A stretch of DNA of 64,000 bases, from contig CAWIIH010000001.1 of the NCBI GenBank assembly GCA_963836115.1, forward strand, positions 18,735 to 82,734. Direction: 5' to 3'. Source of the DNA: an uncultured Acidobacteriaceae bacterium (GTDB lineage: Bacteria > Acidobacteriota > Terriglobia > Terriglobales > Acidobacteriaceae). Below the pieces are notes generated by a model. That model made no database searches and was not told where the DNA came from. It saw nothing but the letters and a program-made list of their open reading frames with translations. The position numbers and the translations under genes are program-made. Shown here piece by piece: positions 39,969-50,795 of the stretch; within the stretch, counting starts at the first letter, position 1; every line of letters begins with the position of its first letter.

Positions 39969-41585
39969 TCAGGCCGTCATCACCGGTCGTGAGGCCCGAT
40001 AAAGCTGTCCGGCAAACGCTCCCAAACCCAGGCAAACCACACCCAAGCGGACCAGCCCGCCAAGGTACGGGATGAACCCAACGACCGTGAGGATCAACAG
40101 GCCCACCAGAAGTCCCAGCAACCAATCGCCCTTCGTGGCGCCCGAGGGCTTCAGAAGCATCCGCCCCAGGAAGGCTCCAACCCAAACTTTCGCCAGGTAG
40201 ATCGCAGCCATATACACCGCGAACAACATGAGCGAGATCGGAATGCCAATCAGCGTGATGGCTATCACGACCATGGCCACCGGCACACCCGCCAGAACCC
40301 CAACCCCCAGCCCGAGGCTGAGCCAGCCTGAGCCCACCGCCTGACTCGTGGCCCGGAAGAAGCCGGGAAACAGAATCAAGCCCAACCATCCCACCAGCAT
40401 GGCGGCAGCGAACCAGATAGCTTGGTGGAAGTAGAATCTGGGGCGCGTGAACTTGCTCTCCCGCACCTGCACCTGGATGTCACGTTTGCCCGCAATAGTC
40501 GCACCGTCGGCGATGTGCACCTCTTTCAGTTGGTGCACGCGAGCGCTCAGGTTGCCGCCGACCCGGGCTGTGTTCGTCAGCGTAAGGCCAACTCCCGACG
40601 TTGTCAGATCGCGGCCGATACTGCCGCTCACATCGACGCTGCCACTCGTCAGGATATCCACACTGCGCTTCACGTCGCCCTCGAGCGTGATGTCGCCGGC
40701 GGCAGCCACAACACCCTCACCCACCCGGCCCCGGTCATTCACCCGCAAGTTCTGCGCAAAGCCGTAGAGGCTGTGACCCAATTGCCCGTCCAGGTCGAGC
40801 GACTCGGAAAAGGTGTAGATGCGGCCTTCCACGGTTCCGCTGACCACAGTTCTCTTGGCAAAACTGAGCAGGTCACCCTTGACGGTGCCGCGTACTTCCA
40901 CGATCCGGCCGAAAGCCAACAGGTCGCCATTGACCACGCCGTCCACGCGCACGGTGTTGCCAGCGGCCAAGAGAGTGTCGTCCACAGTGTCGTTGACCCC
41001 CACCGTGACCAACTCACCGTGACGCCGCTCCAGCGCAAAGCCGGGCAACGACAACGCCAGCATCACGATCAGCAGGCGCAGGCCAGACGGGCGCAGCCGC
41101 CCTCGTCCCAACAGCAGTGCGCTTCCGCCCAACAGCAACACCAGAGATAGGAACCCCACGGCCTCAGCATAGTCAGTTAGCATGGCAGTACCTCCTTGTG
41201 CAAAATGGTGAAAAAGACTGAAGATCAGGTTCGTGCGGCCGCTTGCGCTGAAGGGATTGAACCATGCCAGCGCTGCCGGAATACTCAGTTCGTCGATCCA
41301 AATAGAACTGATCGAACCTAGCGCCAGCACCCCGGCCATCACCCCCAGGTCGCGCCACACCCAGGACCTTCCCCGATGGGAGAAGCCCGCTGGACTGGCT
41401 GCTTCGTCCGGAAGCTCGTGCAGACTTTCGCTCAGAACGCGATTCTCGGCGCGCAATGCGTCCACTAGCTCCCGGCAGCGCCGGCAGGTGCCCAGGTGGT
41501 CTCGCAGGCGCCGCGCCTCGTCCGCCCCCAGTTCGCCGTCTACGGCGAGGGCGCAGGTCTGTTCCGAATAACATTCCATGATCAC
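39969..41585 (-). CDS. anti-sigma factor (zf-HC2) fused to a bactofilin-like beta-helical repeat region and a polytopic C-terminal membrane domain
   Basis: N-terminal CALAVDGEL ... HLGTCRRCRE motif. Central degenerate repeats (GDLLAFG.., GDLLSFA.., GDITLEGDV..). Four or five C-terminal TM helices. 4-nt overlap with the sigma gene. Confidence 0.65.
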   Translation of the reverse strand: MIMECYSEQTCALAVDGELGADEARRLRDHLGTCRRCRELVDALRAENRVLSESLHELPDEAASPAGFSHRGRSWVWRDLGVMAGVLALGSISSIWIDELSIPAALAWFNPFSASGRTNLIFSLFHHFAQGGTAMLTDYAEAVGFLSLVLLLGGSALLLGRGRLRPSGLRLLIVMLALSLPGFALERRHGELVTVGVNDTVDDTLLAAGNTVRVDGVVNGDLLAFGRIVEVRGTVKGDLLSFAKRTVVSGTVEGRIYTFSESLDLDGQLGHSLYGFAQNLRVNDRGRVGEGVVAAAGDITLEGDVKRSVDILTSGSVDVSGSIGRDLTTSGVGLTLTNTARVGGNLSARVHQLKEVHIADGATIAGKRDIQVQVRESKFTRPRFYFHQAIWFAAAMLVGWLGLILFPGFFRATSQAVGSGWLSLGLGVGVLAGVPVAMVVIAITLIGIPISLMLFAVYMAAIYLAKVWVGAFLGRMLLKPSGATKGDWLLGLLVGLLILTVVGFIPYLGGLVRLGVVCLGLGAFAGQLYRASRPVMTA

Positions 41586-42186
41586 TTGCTCCTGGGGCCC
41601 AGTCTCCGGCGCAGCTCCTGCTTGGCCCGAAATATCAGCGCCGCCACGTAATTCCTCTCCAAGCCCAACTCCTGCGCGATTTCGTCGTAACTCAGCTCGC
41701 CGTAATAGCGCAGGACCAGCGGCAAGCGATAGTTCTCCGGCAGGCGTGCGATGGTATCCCGCACCTGCGCTCTCTCTTGCGTGCTGATGACTGCAACCAG
41801 CGGCGACGGCTCCGAACTGGACGCCTCGATCACGGCGGCCCCGTCTTCAACTTCCACAAACACCTTCAATCCGCGCTGCCGGCGCCGCAAAGCGTCAATA
41901 CATTGGTTGCCAGCCACCCGTAGCAGCCACCTCGGGAACGGTATCGAACCGTCATAGCTCTCGATGGAGCGCTGCAGCTTGAGGAAGACTTCGCTGGTGG
42001 CATCTTCTGCGCCCTCCCGTGTGTTCAGCATGTAACGGCACAATCCGAATACGCGCCGGAATAGCGGCGATAAATCTCCCCCAGGGCCTCGGCATCGTGG
42101 CCCTGGGCGCGCTTTATTACGCTCTCCAAACCGAGCCCGTCCATCTGCCTGGTTTCGCCCTCGCGGGGCTGCGGTTCTTTCGCCAT
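41582..42186 (-). pseudogene. ECF-type RNA polymerase sigma factor, one frame break in this assembly
   Basis: ORF 42025-42240 supplies region 2 start (AQGHDAEALGEIYRRYS). ORF 41582-42043 supplies the rest (RVFGLCRYML ... region 4 SYDEIAQELGLERNYVAALIFRAKQEL). The join needs one base added near 42053-42060. Confidence 0.8.
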
Positions 42187-42501
42187 GTTCCCTTTGGCGT
42201 TCATAAAGCAGTACGCTGCCGATCGAAGGAAGTTACACACATTTTAGGGGGACGAGGGGAACCCAAGGCTGGACGCCTGGCTGTGGCTCTGGCAAAGCCC
42301 CACTATTCCCCGCGGGGAAGGCTACGAATTCGCGCCTTTCCCGGTTGCCAGTTCCATGTTGTCGTCGGATCGCTATCGTAAGCAGGCCACAGAACTCATC
42401 GCCCTGCGCTCTAACTGTGCGCACACAGATCCGCACCCCACCTCAAGCCTTAAATCAACGATAATATCAATAACAGTTACTAACTCGCATCGAATAGAAG
42501 C

Positions 42502-43632
42502 ATGTCCCGCACAACCACAACATCACCGAGTCTCCGTCGCACGCTACTGTCCACCGCCATCACTCTGGCCATGCTCGCTCTAGCTCTTCATTCCCCGGCC
42601 CAGGACCTCGCCAGACGTCTCATCCTGAAAGACGGCTCCTATCAACTGGTCACCCACTATGAAGTGAAAGGGGACCGCGTCCGCTACAAGAGCGCCGAGC
42701 GCAACGAATGGGAGGAGCTTCCCTCTTCGCTGGTGGATTGGGCGGCCACTGAAAAGTATGAGAAGGACCGCGCCACCTCCGCCATTCCCGAGGCCGCTGC
42801 CCTCGACAAGGAACTGGATAAGGAAAAAGACAGAGAAGCCGAGCTGTCCCACCTTCCGCAAGTCGCCCCCGGACTGCGCCTCCCGGAAGATTCCGGCGTC
42901 TTTCTGCTCGATACCTATCAGGGCCAGCCGCAACTCGTGGAGATGCAGCAAACCGAGGGCGATATTAACCGCAACGTCCGGGGCAACATTTTTCGCGGAC
43001 CCCTCAGCCCCATCGCCAACCCCAAGCAGACCGTCGAACTCGAAGGCGAACACGCAGCCCTGCACGTCCACGTGGCCGTGCCTTCCATCTACATCAATGT
43101 CGACGAGCAAGACCGGGAGCGCCCGCCCGGCGGCCAAACCGCCTCTGGCCAGCTATCTCAGCCCAGCCTCGACGCTCCACGCGCCCAACCGCAACGCCCC
43201 CAGCAACCGCAGCAGCCTGAGCAGCCCATCATCCCGTTTAACCGCTTCCGCATCGTGCGCGCAAAAGTGAAAGGCGGCAAGCGCCTGGTGAGCAATCTCA
43301 AGCGCAACGCCGCCGGCAAGATCAGCCAGGACCAGGAATTCGTCAACACCACCATCGACCGCATCAGCGGCGGATGGTTCAAGCTAACTCCCACCCACGA
43401 TCTCGAACCCGGCGAATACGCCCTGGTTGAAATTCAAGGCAACGAGGGCATGAACCTCTACCTCTGGGATTTCGGCGTAAACCCAAACGCCCCCGCCAAC
43501 GCCAACCCCTGGAAGCCGGATGAGAAGCCAGCCGAAACGCAGAAGCCCAAGGAGAACTTGAATGCGATAAAGTGTGAATCATTGATTCCAAAGAGTCAAG
43601 CAACGGACGCGACTGGGATCGGGCAGGTTTAA
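42502..43632 (+). CDS. secreted hypothetical protein
   Basis: Signal peptide (LAMLALALHSPAQD). 376 aa with a Gln/Pro-rich linker. No family recognised. Confidence 0.5.
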   Translation: MSRTTTTSPSLRRTLLSTAITLAMLALALHSPAQDLARRLILKDGSYQLVTHYEVKGDRVRYKSAERNEWEELPSSLVDWAATEKYEKDRATSAIPEAAALDKELDKEKDREAELSHLPQVAPGLRLPEDSGVFLLDTYQGQPQLVEMQQTEGDINRNVRGNIFRGPLSPIANPKQTVELEGEHAALHVHVAVPSIYINVDEQDRERPPGGQTASGQLSQPSLDAPRAQPQRPQQPQQPEQPIIPFNRFRIVRAKVKGGKRLVSNLKRNAAGKISQDQEFVNTTIDRISGGWFKLTPTHDLEPGEYALVEIQGNEGMNLYLWDFGVNPNAPANANPWKPDEKPAETQKPKENLNAIKCESLIPKSQATDATGIGQV

Positions 43633-43662
43633 AATCTACCCAATGGCCCGATAATATTCACT

Positions 43663-44715
43663 TCATTTCATCAATCCGCGCTGCGCGATCCCAATATTGT
43701 CGCGGGTAGTGTTCTTCACCAGATACATCATCTCGTCGGCCTGCCGGATGATGTCGTGCGCGTCGCGCGCATCGTGCGGGTAGGTGGCCAGGCCGATCGA
43801 AGCACTCACACTCAGATGCATTCCTTCATCGCCGCAAAAAGTGCTGGCGCGCAACGCATCGCGCAAGCGCTTGGCCACTACCAGCGCCTGATCCTTCCCC
43901 GTCTGCGGCAGCAACACCACGAATTCATCGCCTCCGTAGCGGAAGGCAAAGTCGATCAACCGCAGTTGCGCTTTCACCAGGTGGCCAATTTCCTTCAGCA
44001 GTTTGCTGCCCACCAGGTGGCCGTGCGTGTCGTTGACCACCTTGAAGCGATCAATGTCGATGAACAGCACGCTGAACTCATAGCCAAAACGCGAAGAGCG
44101 GTAGACCTCGGTCTCCAGCGTCTTGTACAAGTGCCGCGCGTTATAGAGCCCCGTGCAGTCGTCGGTGATCGTCAGTTCCTGGATTTTTTCCACCCAGCGC
44201 GCGTTCTCGATGGCGATGGCGGCGTAGTCGCAAAGCGCCCGCAGAAAGAAAACTTCCTGCTCGGTGAACTGCGCCACGTCCACATTCACCAGTTGGATCA
44301 CGCCCAGCACCCGCAGCCTCGACCGCAGCGGCACACAAATCACCGAGTGCGTCTCCCATTGCGTGGTTTCGTCGACGCGCTTGGCAAATCGCGGATCATG
44401 TCTCACATCGGTCGAGATCACCTGTTCGCCGTGCTTCGCCACCCACCCCGCGATGCCCTCGCCCATCTTCAGCCGGACATTCTTCAGAGCTTCCGCCACA
44501 GGCCCCACAGCAATCGCAAAGTAGAGTTCCTCCTGCCGCTCATCCACCATCAGCAGTGACCACGTGTCCGGACGGAAGTACTCCGCCATCTTGTCCATAA
44601 TGGTCTGCAGAATGGAGTCGAGGTCCAGCGACGACGTGAGCGCCTTGGCCACGTCGTGAAAGATGGTCAGTTCCTGGCTCTGGCGGGTTAGTTGCGTGCC
44701 GGTGGCCTCGGACAT
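43663..44715 (-). CDS. GAF-domain diguanylate cyclase (GGDEF)
   Basis: N-terminal GAF, then a GGDEF domain with RYGGDEFVVLL. The ATG at 44715 is preceded by AAGGAAG. Confidence 0.85.
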   Translation of the reverse strand: MSEATGTQLTRQSQELTIFHDVAKALTSSLDLDSILQTIMDKMAEYFRPDTWSLLMVDERQEELYFAIAVGPVAEALKNVRLKMGEGIAGWVAKHGEQVISTDVRHDPRFAKRVDETTQWETHSVICVPLRSRLRVLGVIQLVNVDVAQFTEQEVFFLRALCDYAAIAIENARWVEKIQELTITDDCTGLYNARHLYKTLETEVYRSSRFGYEFSVLFIDIDRFKVVNDTHGHLVGSKLLKEIGHLVKAQLRLIDFAFRYGGDEFVVLLPQTGKDQALVVAKRLRDALRASTFCGDEGMHLSVSASIGLATYPHDARDAHDIIRQADEMMYLVKNTTRDNIGIAQRGLMK

Positions 44716-44994
44716 GCCTGCTTCCTTGATCTCTGCTGGACGGAGTGACAATCCCAAAAAGTATATGGCTGCACCGTCACTGGAGCAATGAACCTTAGTA
44801 ACCAGAACCCGTAACGCCAATGGGACGCTGATCTTAGCGAGTTAGCGAACTCGTGTGGGGACAACCGCCTAGGGCTCGTGTAGGGACAGCCCGAGTGCAG
44901 CGAGCGCCCTGCTGCCACCGTGGCGGCTCTAATCCGTGTGATCCGTGCAAATCCGTAGCTAAGCATTTCTCGGCAGGGCGTATCCTTGTAGATT

Positions 44995-45400
44995 ATGAGA
45001 CTTCGCCTTTTCCCCCGCCTTCCTGCTGGCGATGTTTTCTATCCCAGCCTTGCCAGCCCAAACCGCCCCACCGGTCAACCCCAAAACGATTCCCGTCATC
45101 GACGGCGGCATCGGTCCGTGCTCCGTCGGCTTCACGGTCAATGATTCCAACGGCGCACCGGTCTATGCCGCCAAAATCCAAGTCCACATTGCCTACCGAT
45201 TCATGAATCTGCACAAGCTTGACCTGGAAGTCGGCACCAACGCCGCCGGCAAAGCCCGCTTCACCGGACTGCCCGACAAGCCCAAGCAAGCACTTTTTTT
45301 CCGCGCCTCCGAAGGCGACCGCGAAGGCTCAGCCTTCGACGACCCCGCGAAAACCTGCAAAGCAGAATTCACCATCAAGCTCGAAAAAAAATCCCAGTAA
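44995..45400 (+). pseudogene. small secreted protein (carboxypeptidase-regulatory-like fold?), frame break in the signal peptide
   Basis: Removing one C from the C5 run at 45012-45016 joins the ATG at 44995 (MRLRLFPAFLLAMFSIPALPAQ, a clean signal peptide) to ORF 45032-45400. Confidence 0.5.
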
Positions 45401-45634
45401 GCGGCTTTGGGAAAATCGGCGAGTCTCTCGAACCAAGCTCGTTCGAACAAAGCTCGTCGGCCTTCTTGGTTTACCCTGTGTAACTCTGTGCCCCCTGTGG
45501 TTCGCTCCTGGGTTTCCATCCGCACCCTCGGTAACGTCGATCGCCAAGCCTGTTCTGGCATCCGCTTCCGCCTTCGCCTATGATGAATGCGTCTCGATGC
45601 GGACGGACCCTAACCCCGCCCGCCGGAGCCAGAC

Positions 45635-46726
45635 GTGGGCGCCTTCGGAGAAAAACTTCGCCAGCAGCGCGAACAGCGCGGCATCGAGCTCGATGCCATC
45701 TCCAATACCACGAAAATCAGCACCCGCATGTTGCGCGCCCTTGAAGACGAACACTTTGACCAGCTCCCCGGCGGCGTTTTCAATAAAGGCTTCGTGCGCG
45801 CCTACGCTCGCCACGTCGGACTCGACGAAGAAGAAACCGTGGCCGATTATCTCGCCGCCTTGCGCGAGAGTGAACTCCCGCCGCAGTCCGCTCTGCCGGA
45901 TTCCCGCTCCCCGGCCGCGAAGTCCACCCCTGTCGCCGAGCCCGGCCTGGGCAACGAGTTACGCGACAATGACCTTCTCGCCAACTATAGCGACGGCGGC
46001 AACAACGTCCACGAACTTCGCCGCGAAGACCGCCGCAAGCAGGGTCGAGACCGTCGTCATCCCTACAAAGATCAGAAATATCCTGCGGGAGACGCTGCCG
46101 ATGAGTCTTCCGCCCCGATCCCATGGGGCAAGCTGGCTGTGACTTTGCTCCTGGTAACGCTGATTCTGGCCTTCTGGAATTTTCGCCGCCACGCGCAGCC
46201 CACTGCTGCGTCACCCGCCGTAGCCTCTTCCAACCAGTCTCCGGCTCCAGCCTCCGCTCCGCCGTCAGCCGCAACCCAACCCTCCGGTTCCGCCAGTGCG
46301 CCAACCGTTGGACCAGCAACGTCCGCAGCCCTGTCCTCAGGAGCATTGCCGCCGGCAACCACCGCCGCAGCCACCGCGCCAGATTCAACCTCCACGCCGC
46401 CTGCCCGGGTCACGGCTCCGGCCGCTGCCGCCAAGCCACCCAGTACCTTCACCCTGCTCATCCGTGCCGAGAAAAGTACCTGGGTCTCCCTCACCGCCGA
46501 CGGCAAACCCGTCGCCCAGGAAACCCTCATCGCGCCGGCGCACACCTCCATCCGCGCCACCCGCGAGATCGTCGTAAAAGTAGGAAACGCAGCCGGCGTC
46601 AGCTTCGTGCTAAACGGCAAAACCATTCCCGCGGAAGGCAACGAAGGCGAAGTAAAAACCTACACCTTCGACGCCACCGGCCTGCGCACAGGCCAGCAGC
46701 CGCAACTCCCCAACACCAATCGCTAG
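45635..46726 (+). CDS. rodZ: RodZ-like cytoskeleton protein (HTH + TM + C-terminal DUF4115-like domain)
   Basis: N-terminal FGEKLRQQREQRGIELDAISNTTKISTRMLRALE HTH, a TM helix, a Pro/Ala/Ser linker and a conserved C-terminal beta domain. Confidence 0.7.
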   Translation: MGAFGEKLRQQREQRGIELDAISNTTKISTRMLRALEDEHFDQLPGGVFNKGFVRAYARHVGLDEEETVADYLAALRESELPPQSALPDSRSPAAKSTPVAEPGLGNELRDNDLLANYSDGGNNVHELRREDRRKQGRDRRHPYKDQKYPAGDAADESSAPIPWGKLAVTLLLVTLILAFWNFRRHAQPTAASPAVASSNQSPAPASAPPSAATQPSGSASAPTVGPATSAALSSGALPPATTAAATAPDSTSTPPARVTAPAAAAKPPSTFTLLIRAEKSTWVSLTADGKPVAQETLIAPAHTSIRATREIVVKVGNAAGVSFVLNGKTIPAEGNEGEVKTYTFDATGLRTGQQPQLPNTNR

Positions 46727-46755
46727 CTGTACCTATAACGTGGACGTCTGCAGTA

Positions 46756-46822
46756 ACGTGGAAGAGCGGCGCTTAAGCGCCGCGTAAAACATCCACAATC
46801 AATTCGGGCTTTAGCCCGTGGG
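46756..46822. repeat. REP-like element (GCGGCGCT[G/T]AAGCGCCGC family), reverse orientation
   Basis: CGTGGAAGAGCGGCGCTTAAGCGCCGCGTAAAAC ... GGGCTTTAGCCCGTGGGG. Related to 53833-53990, 54808-54960 and 58726-58789. Confidence 0.6.
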
Positions 46823-47248
46823 GTGCCACGCGTTACTGAAGACACCAACCACATCGAAAGACGCATGCTATCGTCGGACCTAATGCCGAACCCAGACAAT
46901 TCCATTTCCCGAACCATCGAATGGGGACCTTGGATCGTACTTTCAATCGGACTTCTGCTGTTTCTCCTCGGCACGGCGCGCTTCGTACTCAGGCATCACT
47001 TTAGTTTCACCGACGCCCTCCATTGTGTTCTAGCAGTCATCCCGGCCGGATTCCTGCTTCTGGTCTTCGACTACGTCCTTCATCACGCCAAGCTGGTATC
47101 GGTGATCCCGATTGTTGCATCCGGAGTGCTGATCTTCTCGTCTCCAGTTCTCGATGTTGCCCTGGGCCTAGCCCTGATGGCAGCCATGGCAGGCCCCACT
47201 CTAAGTGACTGGAAAAACGAAAACCGGGGCACGGCCCACCCGTCTTAG
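46823..47248 (+). CDS. membrane protein, hypothetical
   Basis: 141-aa ORF with about four hydrophobic helices. No family recognised. Confidence 0.4.
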   Translation: MPRVTEDTNHIERRMLSSDLMPNPDNSISRTIEWGPWIVLSIGLLLFLLGTARFVLRHHFSFTDALHCVLAVIPAGFLLLVFDYVLHHAKLVSVIPIVASGVLIFSSPVLDVALGLALMAAMAGPTLSDWKNENRGTAHPS

Positions 47249-47264
47249 GCTTGATCTAACCGAC

Positions 47265-47580
47265 ATCAGCAAACCGAGGGTGCCCCATTTCTCGCGTCCT
47301 TTGCGAGAAAGCCTGCCCTGTTTTGCCGAAGCCCCCGAGCGAAGCCGAGGGGGAAGCCGAAGGGTGGGCAAGATGCTGCCGGCAGCGCTCTCTTTCCGCT
47401 TGACGCCCGAATCCGCCATCCACCACGACAATTCCGCAATTGAATTCATCATCGTGCACTTGCGGCTAAAACCATTGCGCGACCGGCAGCCGTCTGTTAG
47501 CCTTTTTATTGGCTCGCTTCATTATTTGATCGTTGCGACCGCGTGCCGCTGCCTGCCCTGAGCGAGCGAAGGGTCCGCGG
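47265..47580. repeat. cluster of GC-rich REP-like elements
   Basis: GGGTGCCCCATTTCTCGCGTCCTTTGCGAGAAAGCCTGCCCTG ... GAGCGAAGCCGAGGGGGAAGCCGAAGGG, and a second core GCCTGCCCTGAGCGAGCGAAGGG at 47551-47573. Confidence 0.6.
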
Positions 47581-47629
47581 ATCTCGCCAGAAATAAAGTC
47601 CAAGCAGCTTTTCTAAGGAGAAACAAATT

Positions 47630-48754
47630 TTGCCCTCAACATCAAAGAATCGCATTTTATTTACCTCCGAATCCGTAACCGAAGGCCATCCCGATAAGAT
47701 CGCCGACCAGATTTCCGACGCCATCCTCGACGCCTGCCTCGCCGAAGATCCCTCCAGCCGCGTGGCCTGCGAAACCCTCACCGCCACCGGCCTGGTCGTC
47801 ATCGCCGGAGAAATCACCACCAAAGCCTACGTCGATTTCCAAAACGTTGTCCGTGGCACCGTCGGCGCCATCGGTTACGACAACGCCGTCTACGGTTTCG
47901 ACTGCAACACCTGCGCCGTAATCTCCACCATCAACAAACAGTCCGGCGACATCGCCATGGGCGTAGACACCGGCGGCGCCGGCGACCAGGGAATGATGTT
48001 TGGTTATGCCTGCGGGGAGAATGAGGAATTGATGCCTACTCCCATTTCTCTGGCGCACAAGCTGACTATGCGGCTCTCGCAGGTGCGCAAGAATGGAACG
48101 CTTCCCTTCCTTCGTCCGGATGGAAAATCCCAGGTCACAGTGGAATACGATGCGCACGGTAAAGTGCTGCGGGTGGATGCGGTGGTGATTTCCACGCAGC
48201 ATGCGGAGACCGTGGGCAATGAGGAGTTGCGCTCCAGCATTCTCAAGCACGTGATTCAGGCTGTCATTCCGGCGCACCTGCTGGACGAAGACACGAAGTA
48301 CCACATCAATCCCACCGGTCGGTTTGTGATTGGCGGGCCGATGGGCGACACGGGGCTGACTGGACGCAAGATCATCGTCGACACCTACGGGGGAATGGGG
48401 CGTCACGGCGGAGGAGCGTTCAGCGGCAAGGATCCGACCAAGGTCGACCGCTCGGCGGCTTACATGGCGCGGCATATTGCGAAGAACATTGTGGCGGCAA
48501 AGCTGGCTAACCGCTGCGAAGTGCAACTGGCTTACGCCATTGGCGTGGCCGATCCGGTGAGCGTGCGGGTGGAAACTTTTGGTACTGAGAAAGTGGATCC
48601 GGCAGTCATTCCCGACCTGATTCGTGCGCACTTCAAGCTGACGCCGCGCGGGATCATCGAGTCTCTCGATTTGCGGCGGCCGATTTACAAGAAGACGGCG
48701 GCGTACGGGCACTTCGGGCGCAACGATCCTGACTTCACGTGGGAAGCTGACTGA
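47630..48754 (+). CDS. metK: S-adenosylmethionine synthetase
   Basis: [55 protein letters not shown] start. Confidence 0.95.
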   Translation: MPSTSKNRILFTSESVTEGHPDKIADQISDAILDACLAEDPSSRVACETLTATGLVVIAGEITTKAYVDFQNVVRGTVGAIGYDNAVYGFDCNTCAVISTINKQSGDIAMGVDTGGAGDQGMMFGYACGENEELMPTPISLAHKLTMRLSQVRKNGTLPFLRPDGKSQVTVEYDAHGKVLRVDAVVISTQHAETVGNEELRSSILKHVIQAVIPAHLLDEDTKYHINPTGRFVIGGPMGDTGLTGRKIIVDTYGGMGRHGGGAFSGKDPTKVDRSAAYMARHIAKNIVAAKLANRCEVQLAYAIGVADPVSVRVETFGTEKVDPAVIPDLIRAHFKLTPRGIIESLDLRRPIYKKTAAYGHFGRNDPDFTWEAD

Positions 48755-49162
48755 CAAGGCGGCTAAGTTGGCTAGTGACGCCGGTGTGCGCGAGCCGGTG
48801 GCGCACGTTGGGCGCAAGTAGCCGGCGGGAAACAATAAGGAAGCGAGCCAAACGCGCGATTGCTGCGTCGCAAGAAGCGCGACGCGTCGCGCGGCTCGCC
48901 CAGATTCCCTCGGCAAGCTCGGGACAGGCTCTTCGCTGCGCAAAGAACGCTTGCTCAGGATGACAAACGGGCGGGCTAACCTAAGGTGCAACTCATGAGA
49001 TGGGCCGAAAGTGCCACTCCCTTTAGAGCCGCTGGGGTATGCCGAACTTTCTGCCGAGTCGTGTATTCTGGGTGTGCTAGGCAATCAAATTAATCTCTCA
49101 CGTCACGCAAGGTAACCAGGTAACCAAAACAATCTTCAGCAGGAAAGCGCCACAGGAGGCGT

Positions 49163-50437
49163 ATGTCAACAGCAGCACAAATCAATAGCGATATCAAGAG
49201 CCTGGAACTGGCCGAACTGGGCAAGAAGCGCATCGAGTGGGCGAACCAGTCCATGAAGGTGTTGCAGATTGTCCGCAAAGAATTCATCAAGAACCAGCCG
49301 TTGAAGGGGATCCGCATCTCGGCCTGCCTGCACGTTACGGCGGAGACCGCGAACCTCGCCATCTGCCTGCGCGATGGCGGAGCCGACGTGGTGTTGTGCG
49401 CCTCGAATCCGCTTTCGACGCAGGACGATGTTTCGGCGAGCCTGGTGCGCGATCAGGGCATTCCGGTTTTCGCCATCAAGGGCGAGGACAACGACACTTA
49501 CTATCAGCACATCTTGTCTGCGATCGATCACAAGCCGCACATCACGATGGACGATGGCGCGGACCTGGTGACGATTCTGCACACCAAGCGTACTGACGCG
49601 CTCGAAGGAGTGATCGGCGGCACCGAAGAGACCACGACTGGCGTGATCCGGCTGCGCGCGATGGCGAAGGAAGGCGTGCTGAAGTTTCCCATCGTGGCGG
49701 TGAACGACGCCGACACCAAGCATCTGTTTGACAACCGTTACGGCACGGGGCAGTCGACCATCGACGGCATCATCCGGGCGACCAACTTCCTGCTGGCCGG
49801 GTCGAAGTTTGTGGTGGCCGGCTACGGCTGGTGCGGGCGCGGGCTGGCGAGCCGGGCGCGCGGCAACGGCGCGGAAGTAATCATCACCGAAGTCGATCCG
49901 ACAAAGGCGCTGGAAGCTGTGATGGACGGTTTCCGCGTGATGTCGATGACCGAAGCGGCCAAGCTCGGCGACGTGTTCTGCACGGTTACCGGTAACAAGA
50001 GCGTGCTGACCAAGGAACACTTCGAGCTGATGAAAGACGGCGCAATCATTTCGAACTCCGGGCACTTCAATGTGGAGATCGATATTCCGGCGCTGGAAAA
50101 GATGTCTTCCTCGAAGCGGACGACTCGTGCGTTTGTGGACGAATACTCGTTGAAAGACGGACGCAAGATCAATCTGCTGGGCGAAGGACGGCTGATTAAT
50201 CTGGCGGCGGCCGAGGGACATCCCGCGTCGGTGATGGATATGAGCTTTGCCGACCAGGCACTTTCCGTTGAATTCATGGTGAAGAATTTCAAGACGCTGG
50301 AGAAGAAGGTCTACCGCGTTCCTGACGAACTCGACAAACGCGTCGCCAAGCTGAAGCTGGAGTCGATGGCGATTAAGATCGACCGGCTGACTCCGGAGCA
50401 GGAGGAGTATTTGGCGGGGTGGTCTGAAGGGACTTAG
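49163..50437 (+). CDS. ahcY: S-adenosyl-L-homocysteine hydrolase
   Basis: 424 aa with full-length AhcY similarity (NAD-binding [24 protein letters not shown]). Confidence 0.95.
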   Translation: MSTAAQINSDIKSLELAELGKKRIEWANQSMKVLQIVRKEFIKNQPLKGIRISACLHVTAETANLAICLRDGGADVVLCASNPLSTQDDVSASLVRDQGIPVFAIKGEDNDTYYQHILSAIDHKPHITMDDGADLVTILHTKRTDALEGVIGGTEETTTGVIRLRAMAKEGVLKFPIVAVNDADTKHLFDNRYGTGQSTIDGIIRATNFLLAGSKFVVAGYGWCGRGLASRARGNGAEVIITEVDPTKALEAVMDGFRVMSMTEAAKLGDVFCTVTGNKSVLTKEHFELMKDGAIISNSGHFNVEIDIPALEKMSSSKRTTRAFVDEYSLKDGRKINLLGEGRLINLAAAEGHPASVMDMSFADQALSVEFMVKNFKTLEKKVYRVPDELDKRVAKLKLESMAIKIDRLTPEQEEYLAGWSEGT

Positions 50438-50475
50438 GACAGTGGTCAGTGGCTAGTGGTCAGTGGTCAGTTTTT
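50438..50475. repeat. heptamer tandem array (CAGTGGT units)
   Basis: GGACAGTGGTCAGTGGCTAGTGGTCAGTGGTCAGT. With the following terminator it forms an ~80-bp element that has a degenerate second copy at 54733-54810. Confidence 0.55.
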
Positions 50476-50478
50476 CGG

Positions 50479-50512
50479 CGGGGCGGCATTGAGCCGCCCC
50501 GTTTGTTCTTTT
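50479..50512 (+). terminator. Rho-independent terminator of ahcY
   Basis: Perfect 9-bp stem CGGGGCGGC/GCCGCCCCG, loop ATTGA, then TTTGTTCTTTT. Confidence 0.7.
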
Positions 50513-50516
50513 CGCG

Positions 50517-50795
50517 CTACGAGCGGTCTTGGGCAGGATGCCAGATGCGCAGCACTTCCACCGCATCTTCTTTTACGCGATAGGCCACGATGTGAGGCAG
50601 GCGGACGTGAAGCAGTTCACGAGTGCCCGGCTCGCGGCCTGGCCTTCCTCGATGCGGAAGACGCTTCAGCGAGCGAACCGCTTTCCGAATTTCGATTACC
50701 GTGGAGCGCGCGAGATTGGGGTTGGTCTCTCTGAGGTAGTCAAAGATGTGTTGCAGGTCGTCTGCCGCGGCGGGAGTCCAGCGGATACGCATCAA
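50517..50795 (-). CDS. RelE/ParE-family toxin
   Basis: 92 aa; IRWTPAAADDLQHIFDYL ... GRPGREPGTRELL ... YRVKEDAVEVLRIWH matches the ParE/RelE pattern. Confidence 0.8.
   Translation of the reverse strand: MMRIRWTPAAADDLQHIFDYLRETNPNLARSTVIEIRKAVRSLKRLPHRGRPGREPGTRELLHVRLPHIVAYRVKEDAVEVLRIWHPAQDRS

Noticed and set aside
47657-49084. 475-aa minus-strand ORF
   Set aside because: It is antisense to metK and runs on through REP elements. The composition is typical of a shadow ORF.
47460-49162. SAM or SAH riboswitches upstream of metK and ahcY (also checked upstream of the Cys/Met PLP gene at 13863-14122)
   Set aside because: I could not find the conserved cores of SAM-I, SAM-II or SAH riboswitches by eye. 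The leaders are dominated by REP-like repeats. A covariance-model scan would be needed to exclude them formally.
50438-50475. Tandem short repeats as possible CRISPR arrays (this site and the other heptamer arrays)
   Set aside because: The units are 7 nt with no spacers, the arrays are under 40 nt, and no cas genes are present. They form hairpin arms instead.
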